A stretch of 64,000 nucleotides of DNA from Macrostomum hystrix. Taxonomy: Eukaryota > Animalia > Platyhelminthes. Each line of letters begins with the position of its first letter. The first letter of the stretch is position 1. The translations under genes were made by a program, and so were the position numbers. Under the pieces are notes generated by a model that made no database searches, was not told the DNA's origin, and saw only the letters and a list, made by a program, of their open reading frames with translations. The stretch spans positions 9,300,001-9,364,000 of the forward strand of contig CATNEN010000025.1 in NCBI GenBank assembly GCA_950097015.1, written 5' to 3'. Below, one piece after another: positions 33,334-43,911 of the stretch.

Positions 33334-36064
33334 ATGACTACAAAGCTGAGCTCATTACTCGTTATTTCTCTGCTGCTGATCAGTAAGTTAAGTGGCTTGT
33401 TCGTTGAGGTTACATAATGATATTGGTTATTAATTATATTTGCTGATTACAATTGCCCGTTGGGGCTACATGTGCAACACAGCCCAGTCGTAGCTATTGC
33501 GCGGCTCATCTGAAGGCAGCATGCAGCTGTTCAGTCCATGGACCGGGGGCCACACCTACCCTCAATTACCAGCTAGTACCCGTTTTACAGCTGGGTGAAC
33601 TGAAGCAATGCTGAGTGAGTTGTCCTGCTAATGGATACGAATTGTTCCAGCGAAGTCGGAATCGAACCCCGATAGCTTCAAGTCGATTAGCTTGAGAAAA
33701 CCACTAGGCTACAAACCCTGATTTAATAGAAATTTATTTGGAAGGAGTTCTGCTCACATCTGTGCTATTAATTATTTATTAAACATTCTCAGCTACTGCC
33801 AGGTCTGAAGATCAGTACTGCCTGCGCACCAGAGGCTTTACCACAGTTGCCAATGTCATTAAAGTCTTAATTGGTGATATCAACCCACAGAGGGTGAGTA
33901 GTATGTTGCAAACGGCCTTTATCGACCAGAAGATAAGAAATCCTTAGAACAAAAGATTCCTATGTACTAGAGTACGTAAGCCATGCCTTAAGAATAGCCA
34001 AGTAGGCGAGTTTTATTAGCACCCAGTTGGTTCAGATTTGCGCTTCCAAAGAACAATAGACTGCGCTTCCAAAGGCTGTGTGCCTGTACGTGGACTGAGG
34101 AGGCCGCGACTCCCCACAAAAGTTTTTATCTGAGCTAATGCTGGCAATAGTTATATAGATGGCTAAGTGTGAAGAAAATGCTATTTAAACGACTTGCTCA
34201 ACCCCCAAGACACATTTAGAGCCTGGATAAAAGAAAGCTGCGTCTGCTGTTTCAGGTGATGACGTATGTCCGAGATGATCCGGGCTATCCGAAGAACCTG
34301 AAGTGCACGTGGACTCTGAAGGCGATCAACTATGACCAGCCCAGACAGATGTACATTGACGTGCCCGTGGTGGACTTTGACAACAATATTGACCCGTTTT
34401 GCAACAAAACCGACGTGTTCAGATTCTGGCATAAGTACAACGAGAGTGAGTGGCTTGGCTTAAGACAAAAGTTTCCTCTAAGTTTCCTCTCAACCCTCGA
34501 CAATTCAACACTCCTATCAAGCAGAAATCATTTATAGTCATTTAACTAAAACTCCGAGTCACAGAGTAATTTCATTGGCTTTCGATTCAAATTAAAACTC
34601 TAACGTGGAAGTACAAGCCGGCAATGTGTGACTTTTTATTAAGGAAAATGTGGTGCTTTAGTTTTGGCTTTTACGAGTGTAATTTCGTTACTCTCTAAAT
34701 ATAGCGAACATCTCTGTTTAATTCTTATTGAGTATTTACAACAGCTGCTATCAGCCGACTGCACACATTTCAGCTGATTCGCGGCAGGAGTACTGGTGCA
34801 GTAAATCGTCCGTGTCACGTAGTTTCCGATTCTTGCCGTTCAGACGGCAAATATTCAACTTGTGGGACCCGTGAGTAGCACTGCAGCTTCTTACTGAGCT
34901 CTCTTATGAGAATGCGAGTTGAGACCCTGCTGCCTCACTTACCACTTCACTCTGCAGGTCGTACTACCTGGATGTGATATTCCAGTCTGACAATGAGCAA
35001 GTCCGCTCCGATGCCAAGGGATTGCAGATGAATGTGCAGGTACTGGGCAGAGATTTTTGCCACAGGAACATGCTGTATCTCGATGAATACTGCTACCTGG
35101 TCACTCCTGAGAATGTGTCGCCAGCTCAATCCAATCAGGTTGGAAAACTCTTCCTCGGCAACTTTTTCACTGTCCGAAACGCCTCTTCTGGCCGGGATAT
35201 CTTAAACTTTCTGACCAGATTCTCTGAGAGAAGTACGCATTTCTTTTTCGAATTTCTGATGAGAGTATTTATGCTCAATTGTGCTCAATATTGTCATCGA
35301 TTTGAATACCTCTGCGCTTCCCTCAGACAAAGCCAGGATAGGCGAGTATCCTTACGAGTCGCCTCTGGTCTTGACTAATCTCAGAGTGTGGACCGGCTAC
35401 TTTGTGAACGAATCCTCCTTCAGCGAGGAGGACCCGGTCATGTTTTACTCAGATCCGATAGACGACTGCATTGTCAAGCAAGTGAAAGTGTGAGTGCTGC
35501 TTCTCTATCCCGAGTCTAGTCTAAAGGATATTGTAAATATCATATGGTTTAGAATTTCAATCATTCGATTTCAGGACTCGTGAGATTTTGACCGGCTGTA
35601 ATAAAAACCCAGCGCCTGTAGCCCTTAATTGGCTTAGCAACGGCAGCGTGCATTTTTCCTGTGTGCCAGGCAGCGATTCGATGCCAGCTCTGATCCAGTT
35701 CAGCCAGATTCCTGAAACCAAGGGCGACCTGCACCCGCAGCTGTTCCGCACCTGCGACATCGCGCTGCCAACAACGACTACGACTCCGGAACCAACGACA
35801 ACTACAGCGCCGCCACCAACCACAGTAGTGCCTCCAGCCGACAATACTATCATTATTATTGTGATTGCTGTTGCCCTTGTTATCATCATGGCTATTGTGA
35901 TTGGTGTCGTTGTCTACTTTTGTCGTCAAAGAGGACAGCAGCCGCAATCAACTAATGGGGACGAGCCGCCACGGCAGGGTAATCAGAAAGAGAAAGAAAG
36001 CCAGAAGCCGCTAATGAGGATGGAACCTCGGGATTTCAAAGGTGATGGAAACGCCGTGGCTTAG
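33334..36064 (+). CDS. Receptor paralog 3: signal peptide, CUB-like, atypical CTLD-like, Thr/Pro stalk, TM (454 aa)
   Basis: Exons 33334-33382, 33793-33893, 34256-34445, 34774-34870, 34958-35232, 35327-35489 and 35575-36064. Same phases; 1365 nt, open. YPKNLKCTWTL; PTTTTTPEPTTTTAPPPTT stalk; TM IIIIVIAVALVIIMAIVIGVVVYFC. Confidence 0.88.
33455..33718 (-). mobile_element. tRNA-derived SINE family B, near full length, in paralog-3 intron 1
   Basis: On the minus strand: A-box TAGCCTAGTGG, B-box GGTTCGATTCC, then CATTGCTTCAGTTCACCCAGCTGTAAAACGGGTAC (Nin/CORE-like) and a tail shared with the other B copies. Confidence 0.75.
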
Positions 36065-37539
36065 AGGCTTGGCTTGGCTGGACAATGTCGAAGGATACCA
36101 TCTCAAGTGAATTGAGTGTTTGATTGGTGGGCAGAGAGTTGCCTAAATCTGTTTAGCTTGTTGCCGGTTTGAGATGGAGGAAAAAGCTGAGTTGTCAGTT
36201 TTTTGTGTTGATTCATCTAAACAAAATCGGTAATGCATGTTTAAGAAGCTGCTTAAATGCTCATTTAATTAAAAAATTAAATTTAAAAAATTGAAAAATC
36301 TTTTTTTGTCGTGAAAATTTAGTCTGTCATTATGATTTAAGTATTTACTAAGCGAATAAACAGTTAATCGGCTTCTTTACTTGTAAAAATATTTCTATAG
36401 CCATCGTTGATTTATGCTACATGCCTGGCTTTGTTAAATATTTTTCTTCAATAATTATTAGGTTTTATCGTGTTTCTCCTAAATATTTATCGCGCCTTGT
36501 GAAAGTTAACCAGCCAGCGAATCATGTATTGAAGTTTTCATTTAGTTAGTAACTTCTAGCGTATACCTTTCATAACATTTCTGCTTTGTGTGGTCGCATG
36601 TGACGAGCGTATTATCGTACGAGTATAAACAAAAATTAACTTGATATGCTGCACCGCATGACTACATAATACTTTGATTTAGCTGGAGCACTACTAATTA
36701 TTTAGCCCCCTGTTGTACAAAATCAAGTACGTAAAAATCTGTTTTCAACTTGCTAGAAATTCATTTCGAGTGTTTTTTTAGCTTCCTTTTCTTCATCATT
36801 ATACTTACAGATCATCGGTTGCCATCGATGTTAACTTTTTTGTTTTTTATTTTAGATTTCGAGCACCTTTTTAAATAGGCCTCGCTAAAATAATAAAATT
36901 AGTTGTTGTCTTTTTACCTGTTAAGGCCCGGTAATATTATATATTTTCATACGTATTCTGCTTAATTTTCTATATTGCCTTGGTATATGTTTTCTCCAAT
37001 CTGAAGTACCGTAGGCATTACTATGTAATGTCCTTTCATGATACTGTCTCGTCTTAAAAGTTTTTCCTTATTAAAATCTATACAGCATCTCAGCTCTGTT
37101 AAGCAAAATAAATATTTTGTGTTGGCTAATGTCGCTTTGGTTTGTTTTGCGAGGTAAATTTTGTTGTCGTGCTAAACATTAGGTTTTCTTAACTTTTGGA
37201 AATTTACCTTATGTTAGGTAACTGATCGTTATCGTGCTTCTAACTCACTTTGCAACTGAAGGCTCCCTGTGAAACAGTGTTATCCCCTTTTTCTGTTTAT
37301 CTTTACTTTAACCTACCGGCAGATATTTTACGCTTTGCATGATTGTGCGAATCTGAAACATGCTTTATATCAGTTTCTATTTATACTATTTATATTCAGG
37401 CACTTTTAAAGCTTAGCAGGTTCAGCACGGCAGTGAAAGATTTAATCTAAAAAGTGCTGCTTTTCTGTAAACTCAATGGTATCTATTTAGTGCAGGATAA
37501 TTGGTACTAGTAACTAGGGAATTTAGGTCTTTTATAAAT

Positions 37540-38295
37540 GGCGAGGAGTGGCAGAGCTGTTAACGCGTCTGCCTCTTACACCAGGGTCCCTGAGCTCGGT
37601 TCTACGGTGAGGCCATTCATTTGGGGCGCAGCCGCGGAGAGAAGGCTTGGGGGCTTGTGCGATTTACACCCTTGAAAGTCTACACTGCATGATGATGAGA
37701 TGATGAGTCAGGGCAGATGTCTACACTGCATGATGATGAGATGATGAGTCAGGGCAGATGTCTACACTGCATGATGATGAGATGATGAGTCAGGGCAGAT
37801 GTCTACACTGCATGATGATGAGATGATGAGTCAGGGCAGATGTCTATACTGCATGATGATGAGATGATGAGTCAGGGCAGATGTCTACACTGCATGATGA
37901 TGAGATGATGAGTCAGGGCAGATGTCTACACTGCATGATGATGAGATGATGAGTCAGGGCAGATGTCTACACTGCATGATGATGAGATGATGAGTCAGGG
38001 CAGATGTCTACACTGCATGATGATGAGATGATGAGTCAGGGCAGATGTCTACACTGCATGATGATGAGATGATGAGTCAGGGCAGATGTCTACACTGCAT
38101 GATGATGAGATGATGAGTCAGGGCAGATGTCTATACTGCATGATGATGAGATGATGAGTCAGGGCAGATGTACATCGCTGTGTGAGTGTGTGCCTGCAAA
38201 CAATATCTGTGCGTGTGTTCTCAGGAGTCAGTGAAAAGGGCAGAATTGCCTCCTCGCTGGCTGCGGGTCTATTGTCACCAAGTGATGTAAGTATT
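37540..38295 (+). mobile_element. SINE family A copy carrying an internal 41-bp array
   Basis: A-box-like TGGCAGAGCTG, B-box-like GAGCTCGGTTCT, GCAGCCGCGGAGAGAAGGCTTGGGGG and tail GGGCAGAATTGCCTCCTCGCTGGCTGCGGGTC. Confidence 0.8.
37679..38170. repeat. 41-bp minisatellite x12 inside SINE A
   Basis: Unit TCTACACTGCATGATGATGAGATGATGAGTCAGGGCAGATG; 492 bp = 12x41. Confidence 0.97.
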
Positions 38296-38676
38296 ATTAT
38301 AATGAATACCTGCCACACTGTGCAATCCTGCTAATCCACAAGAAGACTAATGTTCCTTATTCTGCTTCACGGCGCAAGGCTTTCACCTGTTCATTTTAAA
38401 CACCTTGCTGAATTAAGTTTTACTCCAGGAGCTAAAAAGCGCCCTTATAAATATTTTTACTATACAAACGCGTTAATATAAACAGTGCACTATTTAGAAC
38501 TGAAAACCTTGCACTTAAACTTCATTCGCTGCCTCACTGTGAGACAGCGATTTGAATGCTACACTATAAGTAGCTTTAATTCTCTTCTTTAAATATATAT
38601 TTCCACGTCTCATTTATCAAGAACTATGGATTTTATTCTAATATTTTTTCATAACCCTTACATAAAAGCTCATTGC

Positions 38677-39085
38677 TGGTCACTTCGTCAACTGCCATTA
38701 CGTCAAATGGTCGTCAGCTGGACTCATCCCTGTATTTGGTCACTTCGTCAACTAGCCAATTACGCAGTAACTGTATCATACTGTATATACTGCTGTACAT
38801 ACAGTACTACTGTACTTCTGCTCTAATTAGCGATTGTTGACAACATTGACAACTCCGCGAATACGCATCCGTTTGCAAAGCGACACATCACTATCGATAG
38901 AGCTTCCAACCGAGGTTAATCAGCTCGAATTTTAAGTAAAAACATGGACAATTTGCTTTGTTTTCCTTTAAAAAGCTTCTGATTGCCTGCATTGAAATAT
39001 TACAGTGTTTTGTGCTCTCTACGATAAAAATTCGCCTGTTAAAAATTCACTGAATTTCTAATTACGCAGCCAGTTACTAGAATAC
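38677..39085. mobile_element. Possible MITE remnant related to the 9981-10415 element
   Basis: GGTCACTTCGTCAACT occurs twice (compare GGACACTTCGTCATC); the matching right end was not found. Confidence 0.3.
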
Positions 39086-39099
39086 CAAACGTACGAGAT

Positions 39100-40399
39100 T
39101 TTACGAAACAAACATACCAAACAAGCGGCGCTTGCTCAAAACTGCACTTCGCAGGCGATTCAGCTGATCCATTACGTAATCTGAGTTGATAGTCTGACCT
39201 TGTGGAACATAGTCAACCAGCAGCACTCCGCGAGCATCGAACCACACAGTGCACATCACATTTCGAGTCCAGGATGACTTCATTGCCTTCTGATGAGGAT
39301 GGCGCCCCTTGGGTCCCCAGTGCATTGTCTGCTGCTTGGTTAACGGCTGGGCAGTACAGTCTCATCCATCGTGATGGTCAGCTCCTTGAACTTGGTGTCT
39401 CCAAGCTCGTCCCACACTGCCCGATTCTCCAGCGCGCAACGCACTCTTGCCTTCTTGCGCTCTTCTGTAAGGTCACGTGGCACCCACTTGGCGCAGATCT
39501 TCGACTATCCTTCGCGTTTCAGAATGCGCCAGACAGAAGCGTAGGGTATGTCAAACTTGCTCTCTGGAGCGTGGACGGCCTGATCGTGGAGCATCAGCAA
39601 CACTAGTCGCACCTCCAGCAGCAAGTCGGTGATGGTCAAACACTTGCGACCGCCCTAACGCGTAGTCACCGAATGCTTGGCATACCTCTGCAAACGTATG
39701 CGTCGCTGTCTTGCCTTGACGTTGACATGCAATGATGAAGTGGCACTGGCTGTGTTTTGACCCAAAGTCCGCGGAGTTGGTCGGTCGACTCATTTCAGAA
39801 CGGTAGAGCGTAGTAGGCTGCTAAAAATATTATTCGTTTTGATGCTGCTAAAGCCGCATCGCAGTTGTCTAATGTGTCTATGGCTAAAACTCATGTGTCA
39901 TCGAGAGAAACTTGTAATCTCGGTATCGATCAGTATCGATTCATTTATTCGGTAAGATGAAGATGCCTCTGCGTGGTCAGATCTTCTCAACTCGTGACGA
40001 AGTCATCAATGCCACCAATCAGTCGCTTAGTCAGCTGAAGGCTGAATTCTGGGAGGCTGTCTTCGACGCGCTAATTGAGCGCTACAAGAAGTGCATCTCC
40101 ATCAAAGGCGAGTACGTAGAGCGCGCAAGCTGTCAGCCTCGCGACACAGCCGACGGTATCAGTGACTCTGACAGTGATTAGGAGTGATCGCTTGAAACTG
40201 AAATCCAAAAATCGTATTTGTTGCTTTCGATGTTTAATGCAAAATTCATTACAACTTTTGATCAGTTAATCCGATTGCGCTGAAATTTTAGGACATAATA
40301 AAAATAATCTTATTGCAATTGCATATCAAATTTCAAGTAATTTGGCCATTTCAACTCAAAATAGTGACGTCAGTCCGGAAAATTTTTAAACACCCCTCG
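39100..40399. mobile_element. Rearranged mariner (DD34D-type) remnant: 5' half on the - strand, 3' end and right TIR on the + strand
   Basis: Minus 39793-39100: HTH (GKTATHTF...PRSGRP), KWVPRDL, ITMDET, VMCTVWFDARGVLLVDY. Plus 39935-40120: HLFGKMKMPLRG...LIERYKKCISIKGEYVE. TIR end AAACACCCCTCG|TA at 40399. Confidence 0.8.
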
Positions 40400-40428
40400 T
40401 ATTTATTGTTTGAATTGTAAGGATTATC

Positions 40429-40900
40429 AGTAGTAGGGGTTAGCAGAACACGGCCGCAGGAAATTCCGTGGAAATTCCATGGCATGCAATGTAGTTTGGA
40501 ATCGGTGAGCAGTCAAGGTAAAAAGTATGTATCTATATGTCTGTATATACTATCTAGCTCATATAATATATAAAATGTGTATATCCGGAAAACATTGGGG
40601 ATTCGTGAGTATAGCCCTGAATCTTGAGTCTGAAGAGATAGAGCTGTAGTATGACTTTATGCAACTCTGCCGCACTTGTACTGAGGAGATAATTAAAGCG
40701 ACAATGCAAATTGATAGTAGGGGTTGGGTCTATGCTGCTGGGATGGCTGAGCCAATCAGGTAAGAGAGTTGTGCCCCACCTGCAGTGGAGCGCAGGCCGA
40801 GCCAGGTAAGAGATTTTATGATTCTATGATGATATGGTTGTGGCTGTGGCAAGCGGGAAAGCAGATAATGGTGGAAGATAACCAATCGCGCTGCGGAGAG
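40429..40900 (+). repeat. Polinton left TIR (472 bp)
   Basis: Reverse complement of 51687-52158 with roughly 10 mismatches by eye; AGTAGT terminus; CCAAT motifs near the inner end. Confidence 0.95.
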
Positions 40901-41177
40901 TGCGCCAACATGCACACAGTTACTATGAGTTGCTGGGGGTGTGGGGGCGAAGCCCCCACATTGTTTTCCTTGTTGAAAACAACCCTTTGTTCACTGTAGA
41001 GATAAGAGAAATGGCTGGCCTATCTCTTTGCATTGGTAGGAGAGGCTGTTAAATCTCCTTGTTCACTTGAGACCACCCCACTCCGCGTCAAGGATATATA
41101 ATGGGGGCACCTGATGATGAGTTGGTCATGGCATCGCTCTTTTAAATTCTCATCGCTGTTGTATCAGATTTTTGAGC

Positions 41178-41890
41178 ATGGATCTCTGCGACGGCTTTAA
41201 AGTGCAAGTGCAAGATTATGAAGGTCATCATTTTATAGCGATTCGGCGCAATTCTATTCTAGTGAAGGAGAACTGAAGCCAGGCGTGCCCGGATTCAACT
41301 TCAACGCGTATCAATGGGAAAAACTAAAGCAAGTGAAGCAACAACTTGTGCACTCCAAGGTCAACCGGCACAAAGTCACGATCAAGGTGGGTTTTGAGAA
41401 GATCGCGATGGTCAGCCGAGGAACCATCTGGCTCAAGCGTCTTCCCGAAGATTGTACGGAAGAATACCTAAGGCGCAATTCCGTGGCCCTGTCACCCCGT
41501 CTATGGAATGAGCTATGGAAAAAAGCGAGCTGGATTGACTCGGAGCTACAAGGAAAATCACCAGAAGGTGAATATGAGCTGGGCACTCAAGACGTCATAC
41601 GTGAGGTGGGCATTCGATGTCAAGGCTGAGCTGGCTTCTGTTGAATGAACGTGTGAGGAGGAGGAGGAGGACAGGAAGACGCTACTCATCGCCCAGTCCG
41701 ACAAGGAATTCAGTGTGGGCTTCGTCGTCATCTGGGCGCATACCATTGCAGGACAGTGACTTAAGCCGCGATCCGGTCAGGTACCAATTTCGTGCCGCCT
41801 CGGGGCTCAGCAGCAACAGCAGCGGCAGTTGCAAAAGGAAGGTTCCGTGGCCATTGCGCAGGTAAGACACAAACAAGTTGCCAAAGCTGA
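41178..41890 (+). pseudogene. Polinton ORF with tandem PC4 (Sub1/p15)-like ssDNA-binding domains, frameshifted
   Basis: MDLCDGFKVQVQDYEGHHFIAIR|FYSSEGELKPGVPGFNFNAYQWEKLK aligns to the PC4 core (VSVRDFKGKVLIDIREY...[22 protein letters not shown]). A second copy reads RRNSVALSPRLWNELWKKASWIDSEL. TATA-like GATATATAA at ~41093. Confidence 0.7.
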
Positions 41891-42267
41891 CCTATGATGA
41901 AGATGAGGAGGATAATGAGTGAGCGGCGCTAGTAACCCACGCAGCTTTTTTCAGTTTCTGCTACTCAAGTATAACTGTAAAACAATTATTTTTCTTGCGT
42001 TTCAATTTTGTATGATATGCTTGTGCATGTTTAGTAAAGTTTACAATTTTGTATGATATGCTTGTGCATGTTTAGTAAAGTTTAAAATCGAATTAACGAG
42101 TTTCTCTAAAAATGTTAGCAAGAAACACATAAAAAAATTTGCTAGTAAAATCTTTTTGGTGGAAAAAAATACAATGGCCTTTTTAATCGTTGCTCTCAAC
42201 ACAATTTCAAAACATTTTTCTCTTAAGAATAAGCAAAATCTGTACTGTTTTATGCTCCTTTAAACGA

Positions 42268-43344
42268 ATGGATAAGATTTTCTTTTACCCCGAGCAGCCG
42301 GCCAGTTTTTCTGGACGCAATAAAGTTGTGCACGAAGTCCGAAAACAAGTCATGTCAGTGAAAACGCAGTTAAAGAACTGGCTTAATGAACAGGTAGTTT
42401 ACACACTGCATAAGCCAGCAAGAAGAAATTACCCTCGAGCGCCAACTGTAGTCAGAAGCATTGATGATCAATGGGAACTATAGATCTGGCTGAGATGATT
42501 CCGTTCTCGAAGTACAATAATGGATACAAGTACATTCTTACATGCATTGATGTTCTGTCCAAGTTCGGCTGGGCAAAGCCACTAAAAAACAAATCTGCAA
42601 AATCTGCCGAAGTGAGATCTGCATTTGAAGCCATTCTGAAGGGCGCAAAGCGCAGGCCGCGAACAGTTCGCTTCGATCAGGGCAAGGAATTTATGAACTC
42701 GAGTTTCCGTCAGTATTGCATAGAAAACTAAATTCTTGCATTCAAAACTAACAGCGAGCAAAAAGCCGCGATTGTGGAAAGATGGAATCGAACTTTAAAA
42801 AACAAAATGTGGCGCTTTTTCACCCACAACAGCACCCTGCACTGGCTGGACGTGCTACCCAAGTTGGTGAAGTCTTACAACAATGCTTACCACAGAAGCA
42901 TCAAAATGAGCCCTACGAGTGTCTGTAAGGAAAATGAGTCTGAGGTGTGGATGAACCTGTACGATGGGAGAGCGATTGAGACTGTAGAGAAACTGAGGAA
43001 GCCTAAGTTTAGCGAAAACCATGCAGTCGGTGCGGATTTCCAATGCACCCCGACTGTTCAGGAAGGGATACAAGACCAACTGGAGTGAGGAGGTATACAC
43101 TGTAGTGTGCAGGGCCCCAAAGCATTATCCCTACATGTACAAGATTCGCGACATGAGGGAAGAAGACATTCAAGGACTCTTTCATGAGCATGAACTCCAA
43201 GCTGTTCCGGACTCCCAGCGGCTGTATGTGATCGAAAAGATTCTAAAGACTGAGAAGCGGAAGGGAAAGATTCGCTATCTCGTAAAGTGGGCCGACTACA
43301 ACTCGACTGGCTGGGTAGATGAGAAGGACTTAAGAAAGGTATAG
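42268..43344 (+). pseudogene. Polinton retroviral-type integrase with C-terminal chromodomain (frameshifts and a stop)
   Basis: YTLHKPARRNYPR...IDDQW, ILTCIDVLSKFGW, DQGKEF, IVERWNRTLK, YNNAYHRSIKMSP, FRKGYKTNWSEEVY, YVIEKILK...YLVKWADY. Confidence 0.93.
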
Positions 43345-43386
43345 ACATCTAAGTTATTCGATATTTTAATATTTTTATTTTGAGGA

Positions 43387-43900
43387 ATGAGCAGCATCGT
43401 AATAAACAGTGAACATGCAGAAGGTTCTTCTAGTGACTTTAATTTTCGCCTGTCTGCACCTATATACTTGGATCGAAATGTGGACTATGAGGCAGGTCTG
43501 GCTGAAATCCATCTGCCTACTGCATGGCTCAATGTTGACGAGCCTTGCTGCTTCACAGTCTCAGATGGAAGAGAGCATGAGGCCCTGGTTCTTCAACCCG
43601 GACGCTGGTGGAGCGGTTGAACGAGCTGCTAGTCAACTCTGAGTCACTGTTCTTTGATACCATGAGCGATAGAGAGTCTGAGATGGAGGCTGATGAATCG
43701 GGCCTGATGGCTCGCAGCAATAAAGATTTTGGGATAAAGTTTGAAATTCAGAATCAAAGAACAGTGACGCACAACAATACCGCACGAGCAGAGTTGTATC
43801 AATTCCTCCAAGCAAAATCCTGCAGTGGTTGGGATTTGGAAACCACATGAGAATTTCAAACTGCTCCTCCTGCACTAGAAGCACTAGAGGCAACTTCACA
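43387..43900 (+). pseudogene. Probable Polinton minor capsid (penton/PX-like) N-terminal part, truncated
   Basis: FNFRLSAPIYLD...YEAGLAEIHLP and a downstream ILQWLGF. Lies directly after the integrase and abuts the PolB 3' end. Confidence 0.5.
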
Positions 43901-43911
43901 AACAGTGAAGT

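Noticed and set aside
25375-33718. tRNA-like A/B boxes at ~25400 and ~33660-33715
   Set aside because: No complete cloverleaf; they continue into shared SINE bodies.
40730-40999. Small ORFs also seen at 51621-51857
   Set aside because: Mirror-image translations of the TIRs with no coding signal.
15320-41125. CTGATGA occurrences (15325, 39294, 41112) as hammerhead ribozyme cores
   Set aside because: No properly placed GAAA or closing stems were found.
42001-42085. ~43-bp tandem duplication in the Polinton spacer
   Set aside because: A simple local duplication with no further structure.
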